Positions 8,724-17,784 of a DNA stretch of 64,000 nt are shown piece by piece (position 1 is the stretch's first letter; every line of letters begins with the position of its first letter). This DNA comes from an uncultured Bacillales bacterium (lineage in GTDB: Bacteria > Bacillota_I > Bacilli_A > RF39 > UBA660), in NCBI GenBank assembly GCA_946410555.1, contig CAMKAT010000003.1, forward strand, positions 5,007 through 69,006, read 5' to 3'. The notes beneath the pieces were generated by a model. It searched no databases. It was not told where the DNA came from and worked only from the letters and a program-made list of their open reading frames with translations. The position numbers were made by a program, and so were the translations under genes.

Positions 8724-9416
8724 TTATCTTCTTTTAGATTGCAATAAATCATACATTAAAATTGAACTATCAACAAATAATTCATGTGAAGGATCATGTT
8801 CTTGAGCTTCAATCATTCTTTGTTTTATTTCATCATATGGAGGAACATATACGCCTTGATATTCAGCAATCTCTCTTATTTTGCTTTCTAAGTTAGGATG
8901 TGCAAATATCCATTTTGCATAATGAAAAGCATCATAAGTTTTGTGTTCGTTATATACATAATTTTTTAGTTTATCTACCAAATCAGAATCATCTTCTGGA
9001 ATATAATTTGGTCTATCTGGATAATAGTAAATATTTATATAACCATATTCCTCAAGTTCATTTAACTTTTCATAAAGATTAGGTATGTATTCCTCATAGG
9101 CTACATCTACGCTTTCTTTAGATACGACTTCATTAAACCCAGTATGAATGTCTTTGAAAGACTCGCTAGGCAATGTGTAGATTGATGCATCATTTGCATA
9201 CATTTTATCTAATGCATTAGGAATTCTTTCTACTAAATCATAGTGCCCGTTTCCATCTCCACTTAATGTATATGTAATGTCACTACCACAACATTTAGAC
9301 ATAAGTATAGCAACAATTTTATTTGGAGTTGCATATAAGTAATTACCGTGTGTTGATTCATGTGGTTTAAGTGTTTTTAAATTATGTATTTTACTTCCAT
9401 GATAAACATATTCCAT
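8724..9416 (-). CDS. Hypothetical protein (230 aa)
   Basis: ATG with an AGAGGTGAG SD. N-terminus MEYVYHGSKIHNLKTLKP...NYLYATPNKIVAI (see findings). No confident family call. Confidence 0.55.
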   Translation of the reverse strand: MEYVYHGSKIHNLKTLKPHESTHGNYLYATPNKIVAILMSKCCGSDITYTLSGDGNGHYDLVERIPNALDKMYANDASIYTLPSESFKDIHTGFNEVVSKESVDVAYEEYIPNLYEKLNELEEYGYINIYYYPDRPNYIPEDDSDLVDKLKNYVYNEHKTYDAFHYAKWIFAHPNLESKIREIAEYQGVYVPPYDEIKQRMIEAQEHDPSHELFVDSSILMYDLLQSKRR

Positions 9417-9444
9417 ATTCTCACCTCTTGATTATTATAACATG

Positions 9445-9474
9445 AAATAAAAAGAACTAATAAAAATTAGTTCT
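9445..9474 (-). terminator. Intrinsic terminator after GH5 copy 1
   Basis: Stem AGAACTAAT / ATTAGTTCT (9453-9461 / 9466-9474) overlaps the TAG stop and is followed on the minus strand by TTTTATTT. Confidence 0.65.
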
Positions 9475-9586
9475 AAATATTTGTTTTAAACTTATCTTTA
9501 TTTTTTAATTCATGAATAACTAAGCTACTCATTAGAATAATTATTAAAGCTATTAAGATACAATTTTGAACTCCAGTTTTTGGATT
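9473..9586 (-). other. Cell-wall sorting signal (NPKTG motif, hydrophobic helix, basic tail)
   Basis: NPKTGVQNCILIALIIILMSSLVIHELKNKDKFKTNI has the tripartite architecture of a sortase substrate. NPKTG is a class B sortase-type motif. Confidence 0.6.
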
Positions 9587-11332
9587 CATAACTGGTTCTT
9601 TATTATTTATATCATCTTCAGTACTATTATTGATTTCTTCAGCTGCATATTCTGGTTTTAAGCTTAACAATTTTGGAATGTCATATTCCCATTGATTTGC
9701 TCTTCTGTTTGCTACAGTTGGTGTTATTCCATTTATATAAGCACCAAATCCATTATCTGATGGATATTCACTCATTCTATGCCAAATCCAATTTAAATGA
9801 TATTTAGTAGCTAAATCATAGAAGTCATCTGTATATGTTCTATCGTTTGAATAATTATTTACATAATAAGCAATTAAACAGAACTCACCATAGTATAAAG
9901 GACTTCCATAACGAGCTGATACTTCATCTAAGTATTTGAAGTAATCTTCAAGTTTATCTCTACCTTGTACTAAAGCATAACCATTAGCATTAGGTTTTAC
10001 CCTTACTGTATTAAGTTCATATGTTATTCTACTTTCAGAATTGTATCCTGTAAGATCAACATTAAATTCAATTCTTACTTTTTTACCTTTAGTAATACCT
10101 ATTTTTAAATTACTAAGTGGATCCCAGAATAATTGAGAAGTTTTAGAATTACTTAATGTATAAGTATTAAATAAATCAGATATTTTAAAATATTCAAGTT
10201 TTTCTGCCGGATCAGTTGCACTTGCTTCAAATGCTAAGTGTTCAGTATTGTCTTCATCAATTTGATAAATTTTTAATGTATTAATTTTAACAGTACCATC
10301 ATCATTGAATTTAACGAAGTCAGTAACAAACCATGCGAATCTACAGTCGTTTGTAGGATCAACACATTCTACTGTTTGACTTAAATTCATGTTATCAGTA
10401 AATGAAGTATAGTTACTAATTCCTGGGGAATTATATCCTCTGTAATTACCCTTTTCAACTTCAATGCCTTTGGCAGCAGTCATATTAATAACTCTATATT
10501 CTTGACTATAAATTAAATTATTATATTCATGTCTTGAGTCGAATAAGAAGTTTCCACCTGTTACATTTGGATAAATCGAAATCTCAGGATCTACATATGG
10601 GTAGAATGATGTATCACTATATTTTCTATAATTGTGAACTGGTTGGAAAGAAATTATAGTATCAGGGTCTATTGCTCTGATTTTATTTACAGTTGTTTGT
10701 AATAAATTACTATAGTAATCTAACGCTTCTGTTTGCTCATTTCTATAACAAACTTGTGGCTCATTTAATAATTCATATCCAAGAAGAGAACCATAATCTT
10801 TAACTGTTTCTGCTAATTTTTCCCAAACTGCAAAGAATTCGCTTGTCCATGGATGTCCACCATCCGCATTAACAAAACAAAATTCATTTCCAGCTGAATT
10901 AGTAAATTGATTTGGTAAACTATCTTTTACAGCATGCATATCAAGTATTATATAAATGCCAGCATCTTCAGCGTTTTGCATTAACGTTCTTAAAGCTTCT
11001 AGATTACTCTCTTTAAATGCATGAGTTGAGTAATTATAAAATAATTCTGAAGTAACTTGGAATCTAATACTATTAAATCCTGCTTCTTTTAGAAGAGTGA
11101 ATGTTTCTAAACTCATTCTTTCAGGTTTAATGTATTCTGAACCAAATACTTGAGCAATGGCAATACCATTCATTACGAATTCATTACCATCTGAATCTAA
11201 TATCTTTCTATTTTCTACGTGTAGTTTTTCATGTCCTACATCAATATACTTATAATCATAAGCTTTAACAGGATTAATAAATGATAAAGCACAAATAATT
11301 ATAAGAAAAAAACACATGTAGTTTCTTTTCAT
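9473..11332 (-). CDS. Secreted glycoside hydrolase family 5 (cellulase/mannanase-type TIM barrel) with an internal inserted domain and a C-terminal NPKTG cell-wall sorting signal
   Basis: Signal peptide. GH5 motifs FNSIRF, IYIILDMH, YELLNEP (acid/base Glu), DSRHEY (H-x-Y) and YYGEF (nucleophile Glu). C-terminus is NPKTG + 19 hydrophobic residues + a K-rich tail. Confidence 0.75.
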   Translation of the reverse strand: MKRNYMCFFLIIICALSFINPVKAYDYKYIDVGHEKLHVENRKILDSDGNEFVMNGIAIAQVFGSEYIKPERMSLETFTLLKEAGFNSIRFQVTSELFYNYSTHAFKESNLEALRTLMQNAEDAGIYIILDMHAVKDSLPNQFTNSAGNEFCFVNADGGHPWTSEFFAVWEKLAETVKDYGSLLGYELLNEPQVCYRNEQTEALDYYSNLLQTTVNKIRAIDPDTIISFQPVHNYRKYSDTSFYPYVDPEISIYPNVTGGNFLFDSRHEYNNLIYSQEYRVINMTAAKGIEVEKGNYRGYNSPGISNYTSFTDNMNLSQTVECVDPTNDCRFAWFVTDFVKFNDDGTVKINTLKIYQIDEDNTEHLAFEASATDPAEKLEYFKISDLFNTYTLSNSKTSQLFWDPLSNLKIGITKGKKVRIEFNVDLTGYNSESRITYELNTVRVKPNANGYALVQGRDKLEDYFKYLDEVSARYGSPLYYGEFCLIAYYVNNYSNDRTYTDDFYDLATKYHLNWIWHRMSEYPSDNGFGAYINGITPTVANRRANQWEYDIPKLLSLKPEYAAEEINNSTEDDINNKEPVMNPKTGVQNCILIALIIILMSSLVIHELKNKDKFKTNI

Positions 11333-11356
11333 TTAAATCATCCCTATTCTTTTTAT

Positions 11357-11365
11357 ATTATATCA
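11357..11365 (-). promoter_or_regulatory. Extended -10 element (TGATATAAT) of GH5 copy 1
   Basis: Lies in a 28-nt block (11341-11368) that is nearly identical (2 mismatches) to the block upstream of GH5 copy 2 (19500-19527). AGGGA SD downstream. Confidence 0.55.
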
Positions 11366-11412
11366 TAAGATGATTTAAAATAAACTTTCATGTGTAAATA
11401 ATTGTATTAAAA

Positions 11413-12117
11413 TTAACCAATTAAATGATTGGCATAGAAGTAATTTATTATATCTTGTTGAGATGGTTTAACACATGTAAAATTAGGGTTTTCACCACTC
11501 GTTGTTGGAGCTTCTGGATTTCCAATTGATTTGTATAATAATTCAAATGTTTTACCATCAAACATATTCCAATCATTTCTATAACAATTTCCATTAGTTA
11601 ATCCTTGTGCTGTAGCAGCACCCTTCTTTGTTGCAAAATATTTAAATATTGAAAATTCAGGTGTCATACTAACAATATCTGATACTGTAATATCTCTATT
11701 TTGAGGAGTTACATGGTCATAATCAAATCCTTTATTAATAAAAAAATCGTCTGAATATAGAGTCATAAAATAGCTATAATTATCAACCTCGCCGCTTACT
11801 GAAGGATCAGTTGACCAATTGAAGTATCCTATAGAACCTTTAATATTATTTTGACCAATATTCAAGTCTTCATTTATGTCATAATATATCATTATATAGC
11901 CATCATAATCAGCAAATCGTTCACCTTGTTTATCTAAATCTTCGATATATTTCTTTTCAGCTGCTTGAATAGCTAAATTTGCTACTTCTATAATAGTATT
12001 CTTTTTAGAAGTATTAATTATATTAAGTACATTAGGTATAGCTATTACAAGTAATATTCCTAAGATTACTATTACTGCAAGTAACTCTACTAATGTAAAT
12101 CCTTTGTTCTTTTTCAT
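11413..12117 (-). CDS. Prepilin-type N-terminal cleavage/methylation domain protein (type IV pilin / pseudopilin-like)
   Basis: MKKNKG|FTLVELLAVIVILGILLVIAIP is the canonical G-FTLxE prepilin leader plus hydrophobic helix. No pilus assembly genes are in the window. Confidence 0.75.
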   Translation of the reverse strand: MKKNKGFTLVELLAVIVILGILLVIAIPNVLNIINTSKKNTIIEVANLAIQAAEKKYIEDLDKQGERFADYDGYIMIYYDINEDLNIGQNNIKGSIGYFNWSTDPSVSGEVDNYSYFMTLYSDDFFINKGFDYDHVTPQNRDITVSDIVSMTPEFSIFKYFATKKGAATAQGLTNGNCYRNDWNMFDGKTFELLYKSIGNPEAPTTSGENPNFTCVKPSQQDIINYFYANHLIG

Positions 12118-12153
12118 ATCTTCTCACCTACTATAAGTATATCATAGATAGAA

Positions 12154-12186
12154 ATAAAAAAAGATTATAATAATAAATTATAATCT
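12154..12186 (-). terminator. Intrinsic terminator after gene 12217..13332
   Basis: Stem AGATTATAA / TTATAATCT with a 7-nt loop, followed on the minus strand by TTTTTTTATTT. Confidence 0.6.
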
Positions 12187-12216
12187 AAGTATACATTTTT
12201 TTGATAAGATTATTCT

Positions 12217-13332
12217 TTATCTATGTATCTCATGTAACTCTTCTTTAGTATGCAAATTAATTTCATATATTTCTTTTAATAATTTATTTTTACAATCTTC
12301 ATATTCACTTATATTAATATGTGTATTTTCATCTAATTCATGTGGATATGAATAAATGTTAATATTGTTAAAGTTATACTCTATTCTTCTTACATTTCTT
12401 AAAAGTTTATCAGATAAATTTCTTTGAATTTCTTCATGCTGATCTTTTAAAGTTAAAATCATGTTATCTAGATTATCTTCAGTGTATCCTTTATTCTTTA
12501 ATATGTTTCTTTTAACTTCAAAACTAATCTCTTTAGCATTAAATCTAACTGGCAAGAAGGTTGGTACAATTACTTCTTTTACATTTATGTTTTCTAAATT
12601 TGAAAACAATATTGAAAGAGCTACCAATGCTCCTGGATTAATTCCTGTTAGATTTTCTGGATATTCTATATTATCGATATTATCTTCTTTTTCAAAAGAA
12701 TCATTTACCTTGAATAATTTTCTTTTTATTTTCTTTTCGAATGATGAAGGTTCTTTTTTATTGTTCATTTGTTGTACTGCATAAATATATGCTTTATTAT
12801 CACTAATACCAAATCTTACAACAGGTAGATCATATCTTGATTCGCCATTTATACATACCGAATGAAGTGCATATGGTGTTTCTTCATAGATTGGTTCTTT
12901 TTCAATACTTGATTCAATATTACATTCTAAGATTTCACTATATTTACTATTATTGATTTCTAACTTGTTGTCTAAAAAATCTATATATCTTTTTATATAT
13001 TTATTTGGATTCTTAAAATCTTCAGAAGTTGCATTATTCCATAAAAGAGTAAGTACAGCTTTATCATAATTTATATCTTCATCTAAAGTACCATTATAAA
13101 AGACAGATGCTTTATTGTAATACTCTATTAATAGATTGTTGAACTCTTCAAGATTATTTATTTCTAAACAAGGAATAAACAAATCATTATTATTTTTCAT
13201 ATTATCTGATGCTTTATATAAATATTTACCATTTACTTTAGTTTCAAATAATACGTTATACATCATAACTGCATCTACACGACCTATGGATGCTTCTTTT
13301 AAAATTTCATCAAAGAATAAATCTATTATCAT
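12217..13332 (-). CDS. Hypothetical protein (371 aa)
   Basis: Long ORF, AGGTGAT SD, own extended -10 (TGTTATAAT) and terminators on both sides. No recognisable motif. Confidence 0.55.
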   Translation of the reverse strand: MIIDLFFDEILKEASIGRVDAVMMYNVLFETKVNGKYLYKASDNMKNNNDLFIPCLEINNLEEFNNLLIEYYNKASVFYNGTLDEDINYDKAVLTLLWNNATSEDFKNPNKYIKRYIDFLDNKLEINNSKYSEILECNIESSIEKEPIYEETPYALHSVCINGESRYDLPVVRFGISDNKAYIYAVQQMNNKKEPSSFEKKIKRKLFKVNDSFEKEDNIDNIEYPENLTGINPGALVALSILFSNLENINVKEVIVPTFLPVRFNAKEISFEVKRNILKNKGYTEDNLDNMILTLKDQHEEIQRNLSDKLLRNVRRIEYNFNNINIYSYPHELDENTHINISEYEDCKNKLLKEIYEINLHTKEELHEIHR

Positions 13333-13363
13333 TTATATCACCTATTCATTAGTTATTATAACA

Positions 13364-13393
13364 TAAAAAAGATGTAAGTTTTTACTTACATCT
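13364..13393 (-). terminator. Intrinsic terminator after the HAD-like gene
   Basis: 10-bp stem AGATGTAAGT / ACTTACATCT with a 4-nt loop, followed on the minus strand by TTTTTTATG. Confidence 0.7.
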
Positions 13394-13398
13394 ATTAG

Positions 13399-14214
13399 TT
13401 AACATCTTCTACTTAATGTTTTTTGATCAACTTCTTTTTTTACTATATTTAAATAACATAATAGATTTATTAAATCTTCATAAGTGTAGAATGTACCTCT
13501 TTTATCACCTTCGATTTTATCAGCAAGATGGAAGATAACACTCTTTTTATCAAAAGTTAATTGAATATTTAAAACAAAGTCTTCAGTTCTTAAGAATAAA
13601 CCTTTTATACCACCATCAATAAAACTAAATTCAGAATATTTAATTTTCTTATATAATTCATTTTCTTCCATTTCTTCAGGTGTATAGTTTTCCCTTGGTT
13701 TTAATTTATATTGAACATCTTCAATGTGATGAGGAAGAATTCCTCCATGTCCTAACCCATCTTCATCAAAACTAGTTTCAATTAAATGATTATTTAAAGT
13801 ATTTAAGTCTTGAAACTCATGATCATCAAATATAACATAATCTGTTACTTCAGGGTGTTCAATTAAATATGCTTGAATATCGTATTCTTTCCACATCTTT
13901 TGACCAAATGGAAAGTTTGGATTTGGTACACATGGTGTTGTACCTATGTAAGGAATGTCATATTTTTTAAAGACTTCTATCACTCTATCTATTACTGTTT
14001 CTTCTCCAAGGACTTCATAATATTCAAGTCCATATTTCCATGAGGATGATATTACGACCTTTAAATCATATTTATCTACGATTTTCTTCAAAGTAACAAA
14101 TTTATCTTCTAACATAAATAATTGATTATTATTTTCATGACGATGTTTATATTCATAATTAATTAAATAATCATCAGTCATTACTCCGTCCATATCTAAA
14201 AATACTACTTTCAT
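13399..14214 (-). CDS. HAD-superfamily-like protein with a C-terminal extension
   Basis: MKVVFLDMDGVM (DxD motif I), VVISSSWK and VIFDDHEF motifs. ATG 14214 (AGGTGAG SD 5 nt upstream) is preferred over track start 14232, which abuts a TATAAT box. Confidence 0.6.
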   Translation of the reverse strand: MKVVFLDMDGVMTDDYLINYEYKHRHENNNQLFMLEDKFVTLKKIVDKYDLKVVISSSWKYGLEYYEVLGEETVIDRVIEVFKKYDIPYIGTTPCVPNPNFPFGQKMWKEYDIQAYLIEHPEVTDYVIFDDHEFQDLNTLNNHLIETSFDEDGLGHGGILPHHIEDVQYKLKPRENYTPEEMEENELYKKIKYSEFSFIDGGIKGLFLRTEDFVLNIQLTFDKKSVIFHLADKIEGDKRGTFYTYEDLINLLCYLNIVKKEVDQKTLSRRC

Positions 14215-14316
14215 AAACTCACCTACTTTCATTTATATTATAAGATTTATATTAAAAATATACAAATCAATTTCTTTAGGGACTGCCTATTATATTACTA
14301 TTTTATTAAAAGTCAA

Positions 14317-14342
14317 TGAAAAAGATATCCTAAGATATCTTT
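14317..14342 (-). terminator. Intrinsic terminator ending the GH5-Tim44-like operon
   Basis: Stem AAAGATATC / GATATCTTT overlaps the stop codon, followed on the minus strand by TTTTTCATT. Confidence 0.55.
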
Positions 14343-14868
14343 ATTCAATATTAGTTAATATATAATCAAAATCTTCAGTATTAAAACGAGTACCACAATA
14401 AGGACATACTCCATAAGCATTAACATTTGCTGGGCTACCACATGCTGGACAATGCATACTCACCTTTATATCTTTAGCGTCTACTCTTTTTTCTAAAGTT
14501 AGAGTTAAAGTATGTTCTTCACGAGTATCATCATTACCACTTTTAAATTTTAAAGTAGTTTTATCTACTAAGTAATTCATATATCTACATATAAGCATTA
14601 CTTTAACTATAATTTTATCTTCAGTTTTAGTAATATTTGTAATACTTGATGTTTTAACATTTAATTCATCATACATTTGTCTAACATTTTTACTATTATT
14701 CTCATCTAAGATTTCTTTATACTTTTCAAATAATTCAGGAGTCATTTTATGTTTAACTCTATTTAAATCATCAAACATTATTCCTGTATATAAAAGTATA
14801 AATATATTATCTACTTTAGATAAGAACATACTATTATTGATCGTTGAATCATAATTATTAATATTCAT
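14341..14868 (-). CDS. Tim44-like domain protein with a C-terminal zinc ribbon (short, cytoplasmic form)
   Basis: ATG 14868 (AGGTGG SD 5 nt upstream, overlapping the previous stop) is preferred over track GTG 14877. C-terminus is CPACGSPANVNAYGVCPYCG (CxxC...CxxC). The body resembles the C-terminal halves of the two upstream paralogues. Confidence 0.55.
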   Translation of the reverse strand: MNINNYDSTINNSMFLSKVDNIFILLYTGIMFDDLNRVKHKMTPELFEKYKEILDENNSKNVRQMYDELNVKTSSITNITKTEDKIIVKVMLICRYMNYLVDKTTLKFKSGNDDTREEHTLTLTLEKRVDAKDIKVSMHCPACGSPANVNAYGVCPYCGTRFNTEDFDYILTNIE

Positions 14869-14878
14869 AAAACCCACC

Positions 14879-16261
14879 TTACCTTTGTTTTATTATTTTC
14901 TTTTTTATGATAATAAATCTATTTGTTGAATCAATTAAGTTAGCTCCACATGATGCACATGTTTTACTTGCTGAATCAATTACTTCAGCACCACAGTTAG
15001 GACAATTTTTAACTACTTTGTTAACACCCTTTTCTACATATAATTCATAAGAACATGAGTGTGTAATTTCATCACCTTGAGTGATTTTACCTTTTTCATT
15101 AACTATGTAATCAACTTGTTCTACATTAAGAATAACAATCATTGAAAGTATATTATTATGGACTTCAATATTGTTTATCTTGCCACTTATAAGTTCTATA
15201 TCTTTCATTATATTTTGTTCTTTTTTAAGTTTAAGTGTCTCTAATTGATATTTATAACTATTATATAATTCATCAGATACTAGTTTACGCATTTCCTCAT
15301 AATCAAAGTTACTCCATGCATATTGAAGTGATTCATAAGTCTTATAAACTTCATTAATAATATTATCTTTTGTTAGTGTTGGATCTAACTTTAATATTTC
15401 ATCAAAATCTATTGGAACTGAAGTGCTTCTAAACTCATTATTAATATTATAATCTACTTCTTTAGTATTAAATATAATTGATTCATCATCTAAGTTTAAA
15501 TCTAGTCCTAAAGAATATACTATAAACATAGGTTTAAGAGTTCCTTCTGTAATCTTAGATTCACCATCTACATAGTAGTTCTTTTCAATAGATGTAAGTG
15601 ATACATCAAAGATAGCTATATTGTCTATTAAATTAACTCTTTTAATTTTTACATTTTCTACCGTTACATCATCAATTACTTGATAGTTATTATTCTTATT
15701 GAATTCATTTATTCTACCTTCAAGGAAAATATAGAAATTATCAGATGTAATACTTCTTAAAGTAGTTAAATCTCTTTTAGTATATGCCTTTTGTAATTTT
15801 TTATACGCATCTCCAATTAAAGAAACAATGTATTCTTTAGTATATTTAGAATCTTTTTCTTTAATAGCATTAAGAATATTATTAATTACTTCAGCATCTA
15901 TATGATTATCTATATATTTTGTATCACTAGCAGCAGTATATATTTTAATACCATTGTTAGGTTTACCCATCAATATTGTAAGCATTATCATTCCACCTAC
16001 GAATAGCATAAATACTAAAAGCATTCCTAATTCAAATTCAGGAGAAGTATTAGAAGTGCTAGTTCCACCACCATATGAATATGAATAGTCATGGGATGAG
16101 TAATCAGAACCCCAAGATGAATATCCACCATAGTCACTGCTTGAATAACTACCACCATAACTATAGTCAAATCCTGAATCAGCTAGACTAATCTTAGGAA
16201 TAACTATAACCATAGCAATTAAAAATACTATTAATACTTTAGATATATTTTTTATTTTCAT
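14879..16261 (-). CDS. Membrane protein: signal peptide, Gly/Ser/Tyr-rich segment, TM helix, Tim44-like domains, C-terminal zinc ribbon
   Basis: SLADSGFDYSYGGSYSSSDYGGYSSWGSDYSS low-complexity region. TM GMLLVFMLFVGGMIMLTILM. Tim44-type motif YESLQYAWSNFDYEEMRKLVSDELY. CPNCGAEV...CASCGANL ribbon. Confidence 0.6.
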   Translation of the reverse strand: MKIKNISKVLIVFLIAMVIVIPKISLADSGFDYSYGGSYSSSDYGGYSSWGSDYSSHDYSYSYGGGTSTSNTSPEFELGMLLVFMLFVGGMIMLTILMGKPNNGIKIYTAASDTKYIDNHIDAEVINNILNAIKEKDSKYTKEYIVSLIGDAYKKLQKAYTKRDLTTLRSITSDNFYIFLEGRINEFNKNNNYQVIDDVTVENVKIKRVNLIDNIAIFDVSLTSIEKNYYVDGESKITEGTLKPMFIVYSLGLDLNLDDESIIFNTKEVDYNINNEFRSTSVPIDFDEILKLDPTLTKDNIINEVYKTYESLQYAWSNFDYEEMRKLVSDELYNSYKYQLETLKLKKEQNIMKDIELISGKINNIEVHNNILSMIVILNVEQVDYIVNEKGKITQGDEITHSCSYELYVEKGVNKVVKNCPNCGAEVIDSASKTCASCGANLIDSTNRFIIIKKKIIKQR

Positions 16262-16273
16262 AGCTATCCCTTT

Positions 16274-17662
16274 CTATTGTCTAATTATTTCTTTCTTAAC
16301 AATTATAAAATCTTTACTTACATCCACAATGTCTGCACCACAGGATATACATTTTTGACTTGCTGAATCATTAAGTGGAGCACCACAGTTTGGACATTTA
16401 TCTAACTTTTTATCATCAATACCTTTTTCTAAATATAATCTATAAGAAACCATATTTTCTTCTTTGTTTCCTCTGACCACTTTATTCTTATCAGTATTAA
16501 TAATGTAATCTCTTTGAGTAACAATAAGTTCTAAACTTATATATAATTTCTTGTTATTTATAGAATAATCACGGATAGTACCACCAATGTATTTAATGTC
16601 TTCCATTACATTTCTTTGATTTTTAATTTTTAATGTATCTAATTGTAATTTATAGTTATTATATAATTCATCAGATACAAGCTTACGCATTTCTTCATAA
16701 TCAAAGTTACTCCATGCATATTGAAGATTCTCATAAACCTCAAATGCTTTATTAATAATATTTTCTTTAGTTAAGTTTTCATCTATTGATAAAAGATCTT
16801 CAATAAAGATTTCATGATTATTAGTATTTTTATAATCTACAAGTTTAGTATTAAACTTAACTTCTTCAGTATCTATATTAACATCTAATCCTAAGAAATA
16901 TGAGTAAAGTTTATAATTTGAATCACCAGAAATAATATATTTCTTGTCATCAATATAATAACTAGTTTCTTTAGCAGTTAAAGAAACATCCATATTAATA
17001 TTTCTATCAATTAAATTAATTGAATTTATATAAACACTTTTAACTTCATCGACACTAATAATATGGTATTCTTTTTTAGTGTCAAAAGAATGAAATCTTA
17101 ATTTATAAAATTCATATAAATTGTCAGAGGTGATCTTTCTAATTTCATCTAAATTATGATTTGAATAACACTTTTGTAATTTGATATATGCTTCCTTTAT
17201 TAAACTAATAAGTTTTCTTCTATCAAGAGAGCTATTTAACTCAGCGATTTTTTCAAATGTTCCTTCGATTTTTTCCCTTTTTATTCTTTCTTGAGCAAGT
17301 ACTCTACTTTGTTCTCTTCTTTCTGATTCAATACGTTTTTTATTTTTCATCAAATATTTGATTTCATCCATTTTTCTTTCCATAGCATTAAGAACAGGCA
17401 TCATTAGCACAGTAAGAACTATTACTAATATCATTACAAAAGTCATAGTTGCATCAAAGTGAGGATCATAATAAGTGGAACCTGAGCTTGACCCAGATGA
17501 GCTATATGATGAACCACCTGAATAACTACTAGAACCTCCAGAAGAACCGCCGCTATAACTATAATCAAAACCAGAATCAGCTAAACTGACTCTGGTAATT
17601 ACTACAGTTAATACTAGTACAAAAATAATTAAAGTTTTTGAAATTATTTTTAGTCTATTCAT
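16274..17662 (-). CDS. Paralogue of 14879..16261 (Gly/Ser/Tyr-rich, TM, Tim44-like domains, zinc ribbon)
   Basis: Same architecture: SLADSGFDYSYSGGSSGGSSSYSGG; YENLQYAWSNFDYEEMRKLVSDELY; CPNCGAPL...CISCGADI. Start lies 8 nt after the GH5 copy 2 stop. Confidence 0.6.
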   Translation of the reverse strand: MNRLKIISKTLIIFVLVLTVVITRVSLADSGFDYSYSGGSSGGSSSYSGGSSYSSSGSSSGSTYYDPHFDATMTFVMILVIVLTVLMMPVLNAMERKMDEIKYLMKNKKRIESERREQSRVLAQERIKREKIEGTFEKIAELNSSLDRRKLISLIKEAYIKLQKCYSNHNLDEIRKITSDNLYEFYKLRFHSFDTKKEYHIISVDEVKSVYINSINLIDRNINMDVSLTAKETSYYIDDKKYIISGDSNYKLYSYFLGLDVNIDTEEVKFNTKLVDYKNTNNHEIFIEDLLSIDENLTKENIINKAFEVYENLQYAWSNFDYEEMRKLVSDELYNNYKLQLDTLKIKNQRNVMEDIKYIGGTIRDYSINNKKLYISLELIVTQRDYIINTDKNKVVRGNKEENMVSYRLYLEKGIDDKKLDKCPNCGAPLNDSASQKCISCGADIVDVSKDFIIVKKEIIRQ

Positions 17663-17670
17663 ATTAATCC

Positions 17671-17784
17671 CTACATGTTATTTTTAAATTTATCTATTCG
17701 TTTAATTAAATAAATGACTCCGGCTATTAAAGTTATTAATAAAAGACATATAAGTAAATTACTTGTTATTCCTGTCTTTGGATT
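17671..17784 (-). other. Cell-wall sorting signal (NPKTG)
   Basis: NPKTG + 22 hydrophobic residues + KRIDKFKNNM basic tail. Confidence 0.6.

Noticed and set aside
11413-12117. A type IV pilus or competence pseudopilus locus
   Set aside because: Only a single prepilin-type gene is present, with its own promoter and terminator. No prepilin peptidase, assembly ATPase or platform protein is in the window, so no system can be called here.
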